Below, one piece after another: positions 43,873-58,475 of a DNA stretch of 64,000 nt. The position numbers were made by a program, and so were the translations under genes. This DNA comes from the human T2T-CHM13v2.0 reference genome, Homo sapiens. The notes under the pieces are model-generated. The model made no database searches and was not told where the DNA came from. It worked only from the letters and a program-made list of their open reading frames with translations. The DNA lies in assembly GCF_009914755.1 (NCBI RefSeq), contig NC_060930.1, one strand, 5' to 3'. Numbering within the stretch: position 1 is the stretch's first letter; each line of letters begins with the position of its first letter.

Positions 43873-44462
43873 CAGTGTTTCCTCTTTATCTGCAGGGGAT
43901 GCGTTCCAAGTCCCCCAGTGGATGTCTGAAACCTAGGATAGTACTGAACCCTATCTACCTATCTATACTATGCATGAGTTTCTTTTTCATTCTTCACCAT
44001 TTCAAGGATAGAAGATTCATTTTTACTGTAGCAGCCCCAGTATATTATTTTTTCCCTTTATTAAGTTGAGAACTTTCATTTTTTAATTTCATTTTTAAAG
44101 GAAGCACTTTATGGCTTCTCTTTGGCATATTCAAATCACCACTGTTGCACTCTGGGGCCATTATTAAGTAAAATAAGGGTAACTGGAACACAAGTACTAT
44201 AATAACACGAAAGTCAATCTGAGAAAACAGCTACTAAATGACCAACAGGTGGTGGTGCAACTCATCAAGACACCGGACAAAGGGAGAATTCACATCCTGG
44301 ATGCAAAGAGCAGGACAGTAAGAGATTTCATCATGCTACTCAGAATGACACACAATCTAAATTTTATAGATTGTTTATTTCCGCAGTTTTCCATTTAACA
44401 TTTTTGAGCCACAGTTGACTGAAACAGCAGAAAACAAAACCACAGATAAGGAGTGACTACTG
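43873..44462. mobile_element. MER44/Tigger7-type TcMar MITE
   Basis: Terminal inverted repeats cagtgtttcctctttatc / gataaggagtgactactg, TA TSD at both ends. Confidence 0.8.
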
Positions 44463-44479
44463 TATTTTACCTTGGTTGA

Positions 44480-44910
<431 letters not shown>

Positions 44911-45429
44911 ATAGATATTTTTCAACGTCATTGATTTTTTTCAAAAAACCAGCTCTTTATTTCATAATTTCCCCATTGTTTTCCTATTTTCCATTTCATT
45001 GATTTCTGCCCTTATCTTTATTTCCTTTGTTATACTTGCTTTGGGTTTATTTTGCTATTCTTTTTCTAATTTCTTGAAGTAGGAATGTAGGTTATTCATT
45101 TGAGAACTTTCCTCATTTATAATGTAAACATTTAGGGCTATAATTTCTCACTTAGCCCTGCTTTAACTTCATCTCAGGTGTTCTTGATATCTGTTTTCAT
45201 TTTTCTTCAGTTCTATAGGTTTTTGTTAATTTCTTTTGAGACATTCTCTTTGACCTTAGGATTTAGAAGTATGTTGTTTAATTTCCACCGATCTAGAGAT
45301 CTTCCTGTTATCATTCTGTTATTGATTTCTACCTCGATTCCATTATGATCAGAGAATATGCTCTGTATAATTTCAACTCTTTTAAATGTTATGTTTATTT
45401 AGGTTTATTTTATAGCCTAGGATATGCTC

Positions 45430-47769
45430 TGTATTAGCCCATTTTCACACTGCTATAAAGAAATACCTGAGACTGGGTAATTTATGAAGAGAGGTTTAAT
45501 TGACCCACAGGCTTAACAGAAAGCATGGCTGGAAGGCCTCAGGAAACTTAACATTAAGGCAGAAGGTGAAGGGGAAGTAAGGACCTCCTTCACATGGTGG
45601 CAGGATGGAGAAAGAGCAAAGGGAGACATGTCACACACTTTCAGACAACCAGATCTTGCAAGAACTCACTCACTATCAAGAGAACAGCAAGGGGGAAATC
45701 CACCCCTATGATTCAATCACGTCCCACCAGACCCCTCCCACAACATGTGAGGATTACAATTTGAGATGAGATTTGGGTGGGGACATAGAGCCGAACCATA
45801 TCATTCCACCCTTGGCCTCTCCCAAATCTCATGTTCTTCTCACATTTCAAAACCAATCATGCCTTCCCAACAGTCCCCCAAAGTCTTAACTCATCCCAGC
45901 ATTAACTCAAAATCCACAGTCCAAAGTCTCATCTGAGACAAGGTAAGTCCCTTCCACATGAGCCTGTAAAATCAAAAACAAGTTAGTTACTTTCAAGATA
46001 CAATGGGGATACAGGCATTGGGTAAATGCTCCCATTGCAGAGAGAGAAATGAGCCAGAACAAAGGGGCTACAGGCCCCATGCAAGTCCAAAACCCAGCAG
46101 GGCAGTCATTAAATCTTAAAGCTCCAAAATAATCACCTTTGACTCCATGTCTCACATCCAGGTCACACTGATGAAAGGGATGGGATTCCAAAGCCTTGGG
46201 CAGCTCCACCTCTGTGGCTCTGCAGGGAACAGCCACCGTGGCTGCTTTCATGGGCTAGCATTGAGTGCCTACATCTTTTCTAGGTGTACAGTGAAAGCTG
46301 TTAGCGGATCTACCATTCTGGGGTCTGGAGGACAGTGGCCCCCTTCTCACAGCTCCACTAGGCAGTGTCCCAATGGAGACTGTGTGTGTGGGTTCCAACC
46401 CCACATTTCCCCTCTGCACTGCCGTAGTAGAGGTTCTCCATGAGGGCTCTGCCCCTGCAGCAAACTAATACTTGGACATCCAGTGTTTCCATACGTCCTC
46501 TGAAATCTAGGTAGAGGTTCCCAAGCCTCAACCCTTGCCTTCTGAGCACCCACAAGCCTGACACTACATGGAAGCCACCAAGGCTTGGGGCTTGCACCCT
46601 CTGAAGCAATGGCCCAAACTGCACCTTGGCACTTTTTAGCCATGGCTGGAGCTGGAGTGGCTGGGACACAGGGTGCCATGTCCCAAGGCTGCACAGAGCA
46701 GAGGGGCCCTGAACCTGGCCCAGGAAACCATTTTCCCTTCCTAGGCCTCCAGGCCTGTGATGGGGGGGGCTGAAGCTAAGGTCGTTGACACGCCCTGGAG
46801 ACATTTTCCCCATTGTCTCAGCTATTAACATTTGGCTCCTCTTTACTTACGCAAATCTCTGCAGCTGGCTTGAATTCTCCTCAGAAATATGTTTTTTTTT
46901 CTTTTGTACCACATGGTCAGGCTGCAAAGTTTCCAAACTTTTATATTCAGCTTCCCTTTTTAATGTAAGTTCCAATTTCAGAACATCTCTTTATGAATAC
47001 ATATGACTATACACTGTTAGAAGCAGCCAGATCACATCTTGAACACTTTACTGCCTAGAAATTTCTTTCCACAGATCCCTAGAGCAGGGGCACCATGCCA
47101 CCAGTCTCTTTGCTAAAGCATAGCAAGAGTGACCTTTGCTCCAATTCCCAGTAAGTTCCTCATTTCCATCTGAGACCACCTCAGCCTGGACTTCACTATT
47201 CATCACTATCAGTATTTTGGTCAAAACCATTGAACAAGTCTCTAGGAAGTTCCAAACTTTCCCTCATCTTCCTATCTTCTGAGCCCTCCAAATTGTTGTA
47301 ACCTCTGCCCATTACCCAAATTCCAAAATTGCTTCTACATCTTCAGGTATCTTTATAGGAATGCCCCACCTCTCTGGTACCAATTTTCTGTATTAGTCCA
47401 TTTTCACACTGCTATAAAGAGCTACCTGAAACTGGGTAATTTATGAAGAAAAGGGTTTGATTGACTCACAGTTTCACAGGCTTAACAGGAAGCACGGCTG
47501 GGAGGCGTCAGGAAACTTAGAATCATGGCAGAAGGTGAAGGGGAAGCAAGGACCTTCTTCACACTGTCGCAGGAGAGAGAGAGAAAAGGGGGATGTGCCA
47601 CACACTTTCAAACAACCGGATCTCATGAGAACTCACTCAGTATCACAAAAACAGCAGGGGGAAATCCACCCCCATGATTCAATCACGTCCCACCTGGTTC
47701 CTCCCCTGATAGGTGGGGATTACAACTCGAGATGAGATTTGGGTGGGGACTCAGAACCAAACCATATTA
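45430..47769 (-). mobile_element. Complete MaLR provirus (THE1D/MSTA-type): LTR 45430-45803, internal 45804-47388, LTR 47389-47769
   Basis: Two related LTRs (tgtattag...ccatat(c/t)a), THE1/MST internal sequence, 5-bp TSD tgctc at 45425-45429 and 47770-47774. Confidence 0.93.
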
Positions 47770-49769
47770 TGCTCTATCCTGGTAAGCATTCTATGGGAGT
47801 TTTCAAAGGCGTGTGCTCTGCAGTTGTTGGGTGGGTGTTCTATGTATGTCAATCAATGCAGTTGGTTGATAGCACCATTCAGATGTTCTATATCCTTGTT
47901 GATCTTCTGCCTAGTAGTCCTGTCAGTTGCTGAGAAGGGGATGTTCAAAGTTGTGAACTTCAATAACTATTATTATACTACCTCACCATTTACAAATGGG
48001 GAGACTGAGGGTTAGGTAGTTCAGTTAAAGCCTTTAAGAGGCAAGGCTGGGCTTTAAAACCAGGTCTTCCTGTCCCTAAAATCCACACCTCTTCTACTGC
48101 AGTTCCCACCACCTATGAATGGGTCCAGATTCCTGTCTTTGAAATCAGGGGGGATACTTTCTGGAAATGCAGCTAAATTGGCTCCTTGCTCAGATTTGAG
48201 CAGCAGTGAAGCCCCTGGGCTAAAGCCAGGGTAGGTGTTGACCAAGGGCCCCACGCATGAGCAAACCCTAAACTTTCCTGCCACGACCAGGGACGAGGAG
48301 ACCTATCTGAGTAGTACTAACCAGGGGTCCTCTTCTGCCTCATCTCTTTGGAGTCTCATACTGGGCCCAGCCTGGATATAGCCTGGGATTCTCCTTCCTT
48401 CCCCCAGCCAGCTTTCTCCACCTGTTGTCCTTAACTGTATTCCCACACTTTCGGTGCAAGCAAACTACAGGTAAATAAATGTGGCTGGAATTGGAAGACA
48501 GTCAAAATGGAATGAGATTGTCAAGAAGATATGGCTTGATTAGTGTAAATACAGCCTAGTGGGGTGGGGGGAAAGCAGAAACCTGACACTGTTTTTTATC
48601 ATTAGATGCTGAGAAAGGCTGGAATACACTAGACAAATCCCCCTGCGATCTCAACACCACTAAGCCCAACCTGAGACATTTATTAAAATAAAATTTTAAA
48701 ATTCTTTTACATCTCTTTCTTCCTGGAGGGAAAAAAATCGTGCATAGCCGGTACCCCCTATAATCATGGCTATAATGAATAAGTGAAACACTCTTGCACA
48801 CTGGAGCAATGGCTGCCCCTTGGCTTTTTCACCTTGGGCTTCAGGCCAAAGACTGCAGGCAAGAGAGGTACTGACACAGCGTAAAACCCAAGGCCACCTG
48901 TTGTCAGCTCCTCTGCTGTATCCTTATCTACCATGTCCTGTGAGTATCCACTTTTGTGGGAACTGTTATATTTTTAAAGTCAACTCTACCAAGTTTGGCT
49001 ATAAATCTTTTATGGAAATTTAAAGATGAAAAACATATTTCTTCTTCATTGGTCTTATTTGTCTAATAAATGCCTTAGGGACTCACTGCTCAATCAATGT
49101 TTCCAATCTCCTGAAATTAAATTATCTTCCTATTGTGAGCTAGACAAAAATGATTTAAGTAGGTGGAATAATTTGGTTCTTATCTTGGTGTTATTGAGTG
49201 AATGGCACTATCATCAGTGTTTTTCCCTGCCTGTGTTATTTAATTCAAGATCAACCTGGGGCTTCTGAAAGACAGAGATTATTTTGCCAAAGAGTATATT
49301 TCCCAAATAGTCATAGTGGAGCAAAAGGTACAAACTCGAGGCCAGTGGCCTTCATCAAATGCAAGTGGACTTAGTCTCCCCCAAACCAGAGCATTGATAA
49401 TAAGGGCATTACATAACACAAGATAAACATATGAATTATAATTACAGAAGAAAGGAAAACTTCTGCATCCTTTGTTAACATATCTTGATATATTTCATTT
49501 AGGTGTTTGTGGCACAAACATACACTTAACATTATGTATTAGACTCAAGGCTAGGCTTTGCAGGTTTTAAGATGAACAACCCAGGGTCCTGGAACTCACA
49601 TAGTTTATAGTTGGAAAGGTCCACATATAAATACATAATGTTGATAAAGTGGGATCATGCCATAGTTGATGATATAGTTGAATATATGCTATATAATGCT
49701 AGCCATATAACTGGCCATAGTGGGAAGGAGTTTGGGATGGAAGCACACCTGGATGGCATGTATTCTAAA

Positions 49770-50100
49770 CAGTCCTGTCCAGCAGAAGCATCTTTGATGA
49801 TAGAAATGCTCAATGTCTAAGTGTACACTATGACAGCCACTAGCCACATGTGGCTATTGAGCACTAGAAATTGTTTCCTTTTAATCAACTTTAATAGCCA
49901 TATATGGTGACTGGCTATCATATTGGATATATAATTCTAAAGTAATGATCCTTGCATCTTTAGTATGCATCAGAACCACCTGAAGATCTCAGTTCTGATC
50001 CAGTAGGTCTAGGATAGGGCCCAAGAATCTGCATTCTTACAAGCTCCAGGTGACTCTGACACTGCTGGTCCATGGCTCTCACTCTGGGGAGCACCATTCT
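49770..50100. mobile_element. MER3 (~49770-49930) followed by MER5A (~49940-50100)
   Basis: agccactagccacatgtggctattgagcact; cagtaggtctaggatagggcccaagaatctgcattctt. Confidence 0.8.
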
Positions 50101-50164
50101 GAAGGACTCCAGTCCCTCCACAGTCCATGGCAATAAGCCCAGAGCCGACTTCTTTCCTTTGCCA

Positions 50165-51508
50165 CAGGCAGACTTACTATGAAGTGGATGACGTCGACTG
50201 GCCAGCCCTCACTCCCATGGCCCCTTTCCAGGACCTATCTGGTGGTGTGGAGTGGCTGAGGGCATTTTGAGGATGATGCTAAAGGGAGATTGGTATTGGG
50301 CATCCATTCGATTGGTCAAGAGGGGTATATGTTTGTGATCCCCAGTCACTTATGTAGCATCAATGCTGGGGGTTCTGGTGCAGGAGTTGCTTCTGGGATG
50401 GTCCTACCACCCATTCTGCTGACGCACCAACACTGACCAGACAGCTCATGCCTTAGAGTCTCTCCATAGCACCAACCCTCAGAGACCAGTGGGTGGGGTG
50501 GGGAGAAACAAGGTTTGGAATGGAATCTGTGGGGAATGTTTCCAATCAGCAGGCTTGTATCATTGCAAGTGGAAGTTTCAGTCCTTACAGGCACCTAGGC
50601 AAAATGGAAGTTCTCTCCTATTAGAAATATTGTTGGTGATTCAACTAAAACAATTATAAACAAACCATCTTCTTTTTTCCCCTTTTTGTTAAGAGAATGA
50701 ATTATTTTAAAAATAATTTCAACTTTGATTTTAGATTCAGGGGCTGCACACGTGCAGGTTTGTGACATGGGTCTATTGTGTAAATAACTCCACCACCCAG
50801 GGAGCATAGCACCCATGAGGTAGTTTTTCAGCCCTGTCCCTCTCCCCCTCTCCCCACTCTAGGAGTCCCCAGTGTCTATTGCTTTCATCTTCATGTCCAC
50901 GGCACCTTGTGTTTAGCTCCCACTTACAAGTAAGAACATGTGGTATTCGGTTTTCGGCTCCAACTTGAAGATTTTTTTTTAGAGATTAGTATAGGAGAAA
51001 AGTTGGAAAGCCCTTGAATCTTATAATTACTGTATAAGGGAAACTCAGTAGACATTTGCCCAAATTTGACATTAATCCTGAAAATTTACCCATAACTAAT
51101 TGGGGAACTAAAAATTCATTTGTTGTAAACTATCAGCAATAATAACAAATTCAATCAACAATGCTAGAGGGAAGACTTAATTATCTTCCTAGCTTCTTTC
51201 TAGGAAAATATTACAAAACTTTCATCTGAAGAGAGGGAAGTCAAAAATGTCTAAGAGAAACAAGTACTTAGGAAAACTACATAGAAAACTAGCTGAAATG
51301 CTTTTTCGTGTATTTTTCAATGTTTGTGGTACTGGTCAGTGTTTTAAATTTAATAAATTTAATAATATTTAATAATGTTTTATTTCTTTTATCATTTTAA
51401 ACATTGAATCAAAATATTCATTTGTATTTGAAATTTTATATTTTTTCCCAAGGGGGCCCATCAATTATAAACGTGCTAGGCTCCACAAAACCTGGACTCA
51501 CCCCTACC
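50165..51508 (+). mobile_element. Zaphod-like hAT-Tip100 transposon relic with an L1PA insert
   Basis: caggcagacttactatgaag start, tcaacaatgctagagggaagacttaattatctt (STMLEGRLNYL hAT dimerisation-region motif), ccacaaaacctggactcacccct end. Confidence 0.55.
50705..50960 (-). mobile_element. L1PA15/16-like 3' end
   Basis: tttcaactttgattttagattcaggggctgcacacgtgcaggtttgtgacatggg. Confidence 0.85.
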
Positions 51509-53659
51509 CTTCTGCAAGTAATTTTGAAATGAAGCTTCTATAAGCAAAAAGGACTTAGGAAATGCTTTCTTCACTATTGCATTGCCAGTGCCTACCACAG
51601 TGCCTAATACACAGTAGGTGCTTAATAAAAACATGTTAAAGAATAAATGAACAGTAAAGCCTATGTTCCAATAGCAGTGAACAATTATCCAAGACAGGGC
51701 TACAAGCATCAGGGGAGGTCCCTGGGCGGGTCAGGGGAATACCTATCCTATTCTGTTCCTCCTCATTAACCTGTATTTATGGCCCCTCTGAAGCAATGCT
51801 AGGTTCTGAAGGTCTAAAGCTGTATATGCCAATCCCTCAAGGAGCTCTAAACCAGACAAGGGCCCAGAACTTATACAAAACAGAGTGTGACCTCTGATAA
51901 ATTCCAAGCCATTCTGCTGGTGCAATGGAGGTAAGAGAAGACAGACCCTCCAGGGTGTAGTTGGGAAAAGTCCACGGAAAGTAGCTGTGAAGCAGAGGAA
52001 AGGCAAAGAAGTCAAGGAAGAACTGCATGGACAAAGGTGGAGGTGGGAGCCCCGTGACTTGCTTATAAAGGGAAGAGAAGGCAAACCTTTATCCTCCCTG
52101 TAAACAAGGAGGCCCAAGGAGCAAGGTGTGAAGACCAACTTTGGGAAAATTAACTCTGAAAGCCAATTCCAGACCAAGGACTTTGACCGCCAACCTAAAA
52201 GTAGAAAAGAACATGCACAGGGTTCTGTGCATAGAAAGACCAGTGTGTCAGGTGCGGGTCAGAGCACTTTGTCCCCGTGACCCAGAGAAGGGCTTGGAAA
52301 GAGAGACTCCAGGCAGGACAGGACCAAAGGCTATTCCATAACTCAGTCTCAAGGTTGCACAGGCCAGGGCTGGAGAGGCGGTAAGAATGCAAAGGAGGGA
52401 TGGAACTGAGAAATGATGCAATAAGGGAAGCGTTGGTTTGTGTGTGCATTTGTTTTTTACATGTACTGAATGCCTACTTCGCAACAGATGCTTTTTCATA
52501 GACTGCTTCGCTGGAAGCTCAGACATCCCTGGGAAAATAGAAGTCGTCATCCTCGTGCATTTAGAAGGATCGGGGGCTGTGTGCAGACTCACCTCCCGGC
52601 ACGAGATTCAAGCCAGAACTTCACAAACATTCTTTTCTGGTTCCTCTTCTTTCCACACGCCACACTGAGGATGTGAGGAATGAGACAGAGTCAAGAACAG
52701 CTTATAAGTTTGCAGGATGGAAGCTAACGTTGAGTGGAACTCGAAGAGGTCTACCAGAGAGCAGGCTGGGGAGCAAGAGGAGGAATGGCTTGTTTTAAAG
52801 GGAATCTTTTGGAGGCAACAGTTTCTATTTGAACAGCTGGAGTACTGCCTCTTTCTCCTTGTTCTCTTAGCCTGACAAGTATTTTGAGCCCTGGGACTTT
52901 GAAAGAATCACTCCCCAGCTGTCCCTGACATTTTAAAATCTGTTCCCAGTTTGAATCAAGTGGAGTCTTTAGTCTTAGATATGAAGGCTATTGCAAAAAG
53001 TTTGTAGAAAGCAGTTAATTTCCTCTCTTTTTCCTTGCTGCAGCTGACCTGGAAAAAAAAATATTCAATACAAACAGGCTTTCCTCATCTCTAAGGAGAG
53101 AAAGTCTAGCAGATATGATTCACAGCCATCAGAAATTTGATGACCTCATATCTGCACTCCTAGAAAGGGTTCGGCTCTGCCATTCACTCCAAAGGGCTAA
53201 GCCACCGGCACACCTGAGGTTAAGCCAATAAAACACAGTAATTCCTTCATGTATATGCCCTCCATTTTTGCCAACTGTCTCCAGCTTTGTCCTTGGAGAA
53301 AATTCAAACATTTAGGTATGGTCAGGGGAGATGTGCTTGTCCTGTTCAATAAAGGAGTAAATATTTATGTATGTCCACAATTTACATTTTAATAGACATG
53401 TTAATTTGTTTAAATATTTCCTGACATATCAGTTTTAACATGTTATATTAATCTGTCAAAGACAACTCACCACAGCAGAAAAACAGCTCCCTTTTGCAAA
53501 AATCAAAAAAGCTGATCACTTTCAAATTTTCTCTTGTCATGGAGTAAAAATTAAGGAAAAACAATAATGGTGATACTACACCAGCAGGCTGACTTTGAAG
53601 ATCCTGCAGGTATTTTTTAAGGTTTGAGAAAATGACTTTAAAAATGAAAGAAACCTTTC

Positions 53660-53978
53660 AGAGGCCAAAGCAGGTGGATCACAAGGTCAAGAGAGCCAGA
53701 CCATCCTGGCCAACATGGTGAAACCCCATCTCTACTAAAAATACAAAAATTAGCTGGGTGTGGTGGTGCACACCTGTAGTCCCAGCTACTCGGGAGGCTG
53801 AGGCAGGAGAGTTGCTTGAACTGGGAGGCGGAGGTTGCAGTGAGCTGAGATCATGCCACTCTACTCCAGCCTGATGACAGAGCAAGACTCCGTCTCAAAA
53901 AGCAAGCAAGCAAGAGAAAGAAGAAAGGAAGGAAGGAAGGAAGGAAGGAAGGAAGGAAGGAAGGAAGGAAAGAAAGAA
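53660..53978 (+). mobile_element. 5'-truncated AluSc with a (GGAA)n tail (53925-53970)
   Basis: ggatcacaaggtcaagag; TSD-like aaagaaacct / aaagaatct. Confidence 0.92.
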
Positions 53979-54559
53979 TCTCTACCTGCTCCAACTAATT
54001 CAACACCATTTTTAAATTTTCTTCATAAATTGCACAAGTGCTGTATGGTTATTATTTTAAAAGATACAAATGTTATAGAAGTATGCTACTAGAGCACTCC
54101 TTCCCTGCATATCTCAGAATATTGGGCTGTTATGAATATTACAAGTAAAATTTTCAACATACAATGTATAGTATGTATCTCAGGGATCATATAAAGAATC
54201 TAGACTGTGTTGTATACAATCTCTCAGGGCTCTCTGCCACTATAAAATGTCCCTGGTATCCTGGGCTCGGCTCCAAGTAGTTCTGAAATGCTTGCCCACA
54301 GATACATGAAACATTTTTACCAGACTCAGACAAAACAAACAAACAATAATAATATAAACGTCAGTGTGAGGTTATGAACTGTCCTGATTGTGAAGAACAC
54401 TCCTTTAGTTTAAGATTGTATCTTTCATCACCTTTTTTTGGTGTTAAACTATCCTTTCTTTTAAAACAATTATAGCAATAGTAGATAGAATTTCTTTTCT
54501 AATGGCATTTGTTACAAAATAAAAAGTTAGCAATCCTAGTTTAGCCTCATTTTTAGAAA

Positions 54560-56690
54560 CCATTTTAACAATTTTTAAGTGTAAAATTTAGTGGCATTAA
54601 GTACCTTCACAGTGTTGGGCAACCATCTCCATCATTTCCAGAATTTTATTATCACCCCAAACAGAAACTCGGTAACCATTAAACAATAATTTCCCATTTT
54701 CCCCTCCCCCAAGTTCCTGGTAACCACCATCCTGTCTCTATGAATTTGTTTATTCTAAGTGCCTCATATAAGTAGAATCATACGATGTTTGTCCTTTTGT
54801 GTCTAGCTTGTTTCACTGAATGTAATGTTTTCAAGGTTCATCCATGTTGTAGTATATCATAATTTCACTCCTGCTTAAGGCTAAGTAATTTTCAATTGTA
54901 TGTATATACCACATTTTGTTTATCCATTCATCTGTTGATAGATATTTGGCTTCTTTCTCACCTTTTGGCTACTGTGAATAATGTTATAAGCATCAGTGCA
55001 CAAGTATCAGTTTAAGTCCTTGCTTTCAATTCATTTGGGTATACACCTAGCAGTGAAATGGCTGAATCATACGGTAATTCTATGTTTAACTTTTTGGGGG
55101 ACCACCAAACTGTTCTCTACAATGGCTGCACCTTTTATATCTCTACCAGCATTTGAGAGAATTCACATCCACATCCTTGTCAACACTTATTTTCCAGTTT
55201 TTTAAAATTAGCCATCCTAATGGATGTAAAGTAGTATCTCATCATAGCTTTAATCTACATCTCCCTAATGACTAATGATGCAGAGCATCTTTTCATGTGT
55301 TATAGATCTTCTTTCTACCTATTCACACTTTTGCCTGTTTTTGAGTTGGATTATTTGTTTTGTTTTTGAGTTGTAAGGGTTTTTTTTTTTAATATATTCT
55401 GGATATAAATCCCCTATGAGACATATGACTTGTAAATATTTTATCCCATTCTGTGAGTTGTCTCTTCACTTTGTTGATAGGGTCCTTTGATGCACAAAAG
55501 TTTTAATTTTTATGAAGTCCAATTTGTCTATTTTTTTCTTTTCTTGCCTATGCTTTTGGTATCATTTCCAAGAAATCATTGCAAATGCAATGTCATGAAG
55601 ATTTCTCCCTATGTTTTCTTCTAAGTTTTTATCATTTTAGATCTTAAATTTGGGTCTTCAATCCACTTTGAGTTAATTTTTGTATATGTATAAGGTAAGG
55701 GTCCAGCTTCATTCTTTTGCATACGAGTATCCAGTTTTCCCAGCATCATTTGCTTAAAAAAAAATACAAAACAAAACAAAAACTAAAACAACTGTCTTTC
55801 CCCATTGAGTGGTCTTAGCAGCACTCCTGTTGAAATTCACCATGTATTTGAGTGTTTATTTCTGGGTTCTCTCTTCTGTTTAATTGGTCTATATGTCTAT
55901 CTTTATGCCAATAACACATACTTTGATTACGGTAGCTTTGTTGTAAGTTTTGAAATCAGGCAGCGTGAGTCATTCAAATTTGTTCTTTTTCTTCAAGATT
56001 GTTTTGGATTTTGGGGGTCTCTTGAGATTTCATATAACTTTTAGGATGAGTTCTCTATTTTTGCAAAATATGTCATTAGGATTTTGATAGGGATTGCACT
56101 GAATTTGTAGATTGCTTTTGGTAGTATTAACATTTTAACAATATTAAGTCTTTCAGTCCAAGAACACAGATGTCTTTCCATTTATTTATGTCTTCTTTAA
56201 TTTTCTTCTGAAAATATTATGTACTTTTCAGTGTATAAGGCTTTTGTCTCCTTGGTTAAAGTTATTCCTAAGTATTGTATTATTTTTGATGCTGTTGTAA
56301 ATGAAATTGATTTCTTAATTTCCTTTTTAGATTGTATGTTGCTAATGAATAGAAACACAGCTGGTATTTGTGTGCTTTTTTGTATTCAGTACCTTTATTA
56401 AGTTCATTGACAGTGTGTGCATGTGTGTATGTGTGTGCGCGTGTGTATATTTACAGTTTTCTACATATAAGAATGTCATCTGCTAAGCAGGATAATTTTA
56501 TTTCTTCCTTTCCAATTTGAATGCCTTTTACTATTTATATTGCCTACTTTCTCTGGCTAGAACTTCCAGTACTATGTTGAATAGAAATGGTAAAAGTGGA
56601 AATCCATGTCTTGTTTCTGGTGTTAGGAGGAAAGCTTTCAATCTTTCACAGTTAAGTGTGATGTTACTTGTGAGTTTCTCACATATTGAC
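54560..56690 (-). mobile_element. L1MB-like element, antisense 3' ~2 kb
   Basis: gtggcattaagtaccttcacagtgttgggcaaccat, ttcaaggttcatccatgttgtag, gggattgcactgaatttgtagattgc. Confidence 0.9.
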
Positions 56691-57955
56691 CAAAAGTTGT
56701 TTATTTTATTTAGTTGTGAAATCTGCCAGTTACCGGTATAGTGGCAAGAACAGCTTGGGAACCAGGCAAATTTAGGTTCAAACGAAATAATCTTCTAAGG
56801 TTTCTAGGGGCTTTTTGTCATGAGGAAGTAATGAGCATCAAACATACCCATCACCCTAAGCAACTGTAAAACTGGATAAAATATACAAAGCAATTATTTT
56901 CAAGAATTGGACAACAGGCAGCATGGGGCTGTAATACTTGAAATAAGAGAAATACAAAGTGATGTCCTCAATTATTCTGACTTTCTGCCTGGCACAGGGA
57001 AGTAGCACCCAAAACACAGCAGCAGTCTAACTGGAGTGAGAAAACAAAGATTGGAGTTTGGGGATATTCAGATAACTGGATTTTCATGAGCCCTCTGGAC
57101 TGTTTGGCTAAATACAAAGTTATACACTATGCAGGGCAAAATTCTGCAAAGCCTCACAAAGAACAACTAAAGAAAGGCTGGGAACTGACAGAGATCCTGG
57201 AGGTTACTCATTATTGACAGACATTTGAATTTGATCAGCCAGAGTAAAGAGACTGTAGGAATTCAACTGAAACCCAAGAAAAGACACATCTCAGAGACAG
57301 AGCCCCTCTTAGCCCTATAGTGAGGATTATGCTAGGCCTACACTAACAAAACCTAAACCAAATTTCAGCATAATCAACCTGAGCTGCCGTGGGTTTACTA
57401 CTCAAGATTTTTTGCTAACAAGACTATGTTAACAACATTCAATATTCTTTGAGGCAGGTCCACATAATTCAAACTCTCACAATGACCAGCATAGAATGAA
57501 AACATTACTAGACACTGTAAAGAAGCAGGAAAATGGAACCCATAATATATCAGTTAATAGAAACACAAAGACATGTCTCATATTGAGTTTAGCTGACAAG
57601 GACTTTAAGAAAAAGATAAACATAATGAATGGACAGATGAGTAGTCTCAGCAGAGAAATGGACATTATCAAAGAAGCCACATGGAAATATTGGAACTGAA
57701 AACATATTATTTACAATAAAAAATATTATATTTTAAATTTCAAATAGAAATTATCCAAACTGAAACACAGAGAGAAATAAGATGAAAAAAAACAGAGCTT
57801 AAGTATTTGTGTGGTGATATCAGTCTAACATACAAGTAATCAGAGTCCCAGAAAGAGAGGAGATAAAGCAAAAAAATAATTAAGGAAATAATAGCCTTAA
57901 ATATTCCAAATTGTAATTCAACTCATAGCTCCAGGAGATTCAAAGAACCTCAAGT

Positions 57956-58040
57956 AGGATAAACACAGATAAAATCATAGCAAGACACATCGCAGTCAGG
58001 ATAAACACAGATAAAATCATAGCAAGACACATCGCAGTCA
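57956..58040 (+). repeat. Perfect tandem duplication, 2x42 bp
   Basis: aggataaacacagataaaatcatagcaagacacatcgcagtc at 57956 and 57998. Confidence 0.95.
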
Positions 58041-58475
58041 AATTTCTGAAAACCAAAAATAAACAGGCAATTTTAAGAGCAATCAAAGAAAAAAAAACAC
58101 TAGATGCAGAGGAACAAAAGTAAAAATAATCCTTAACTTCTCATGAGATTTAATGTAAACCAGAATACAATAAAACAAAATATTTAAAGTTCTGGAAGAA
58201 TAACTGTTATCAAAATTCTATATACAGTTAAAGAATTCTTCAAAAATAAAAAGTAAAAGAAAGACATTTTCAGGAAAATAAAAGCTGAGATAATTAATTA
58301 CCAGCAGATCTACACTTCAGAAAACATTAAAAGAAGTTCTTCAGTTTGAAGGGAAATAATATATGGAAACTAGGATTCTCACAAAAGAATGAAGAGCACC
58401 AAAAATGGTAAACGTAGGTAAATATGAAATCATTTTTTTCCTCATTTGTTTTTTTTTTTAAAGGCAATTGATTGT

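Noticed and set aside
45907-47230. Cluster of 60-157-aa ORFs
   Set aside because: All lie in the MaLR internal region; they are fragments of its degenerate ORF or chance.
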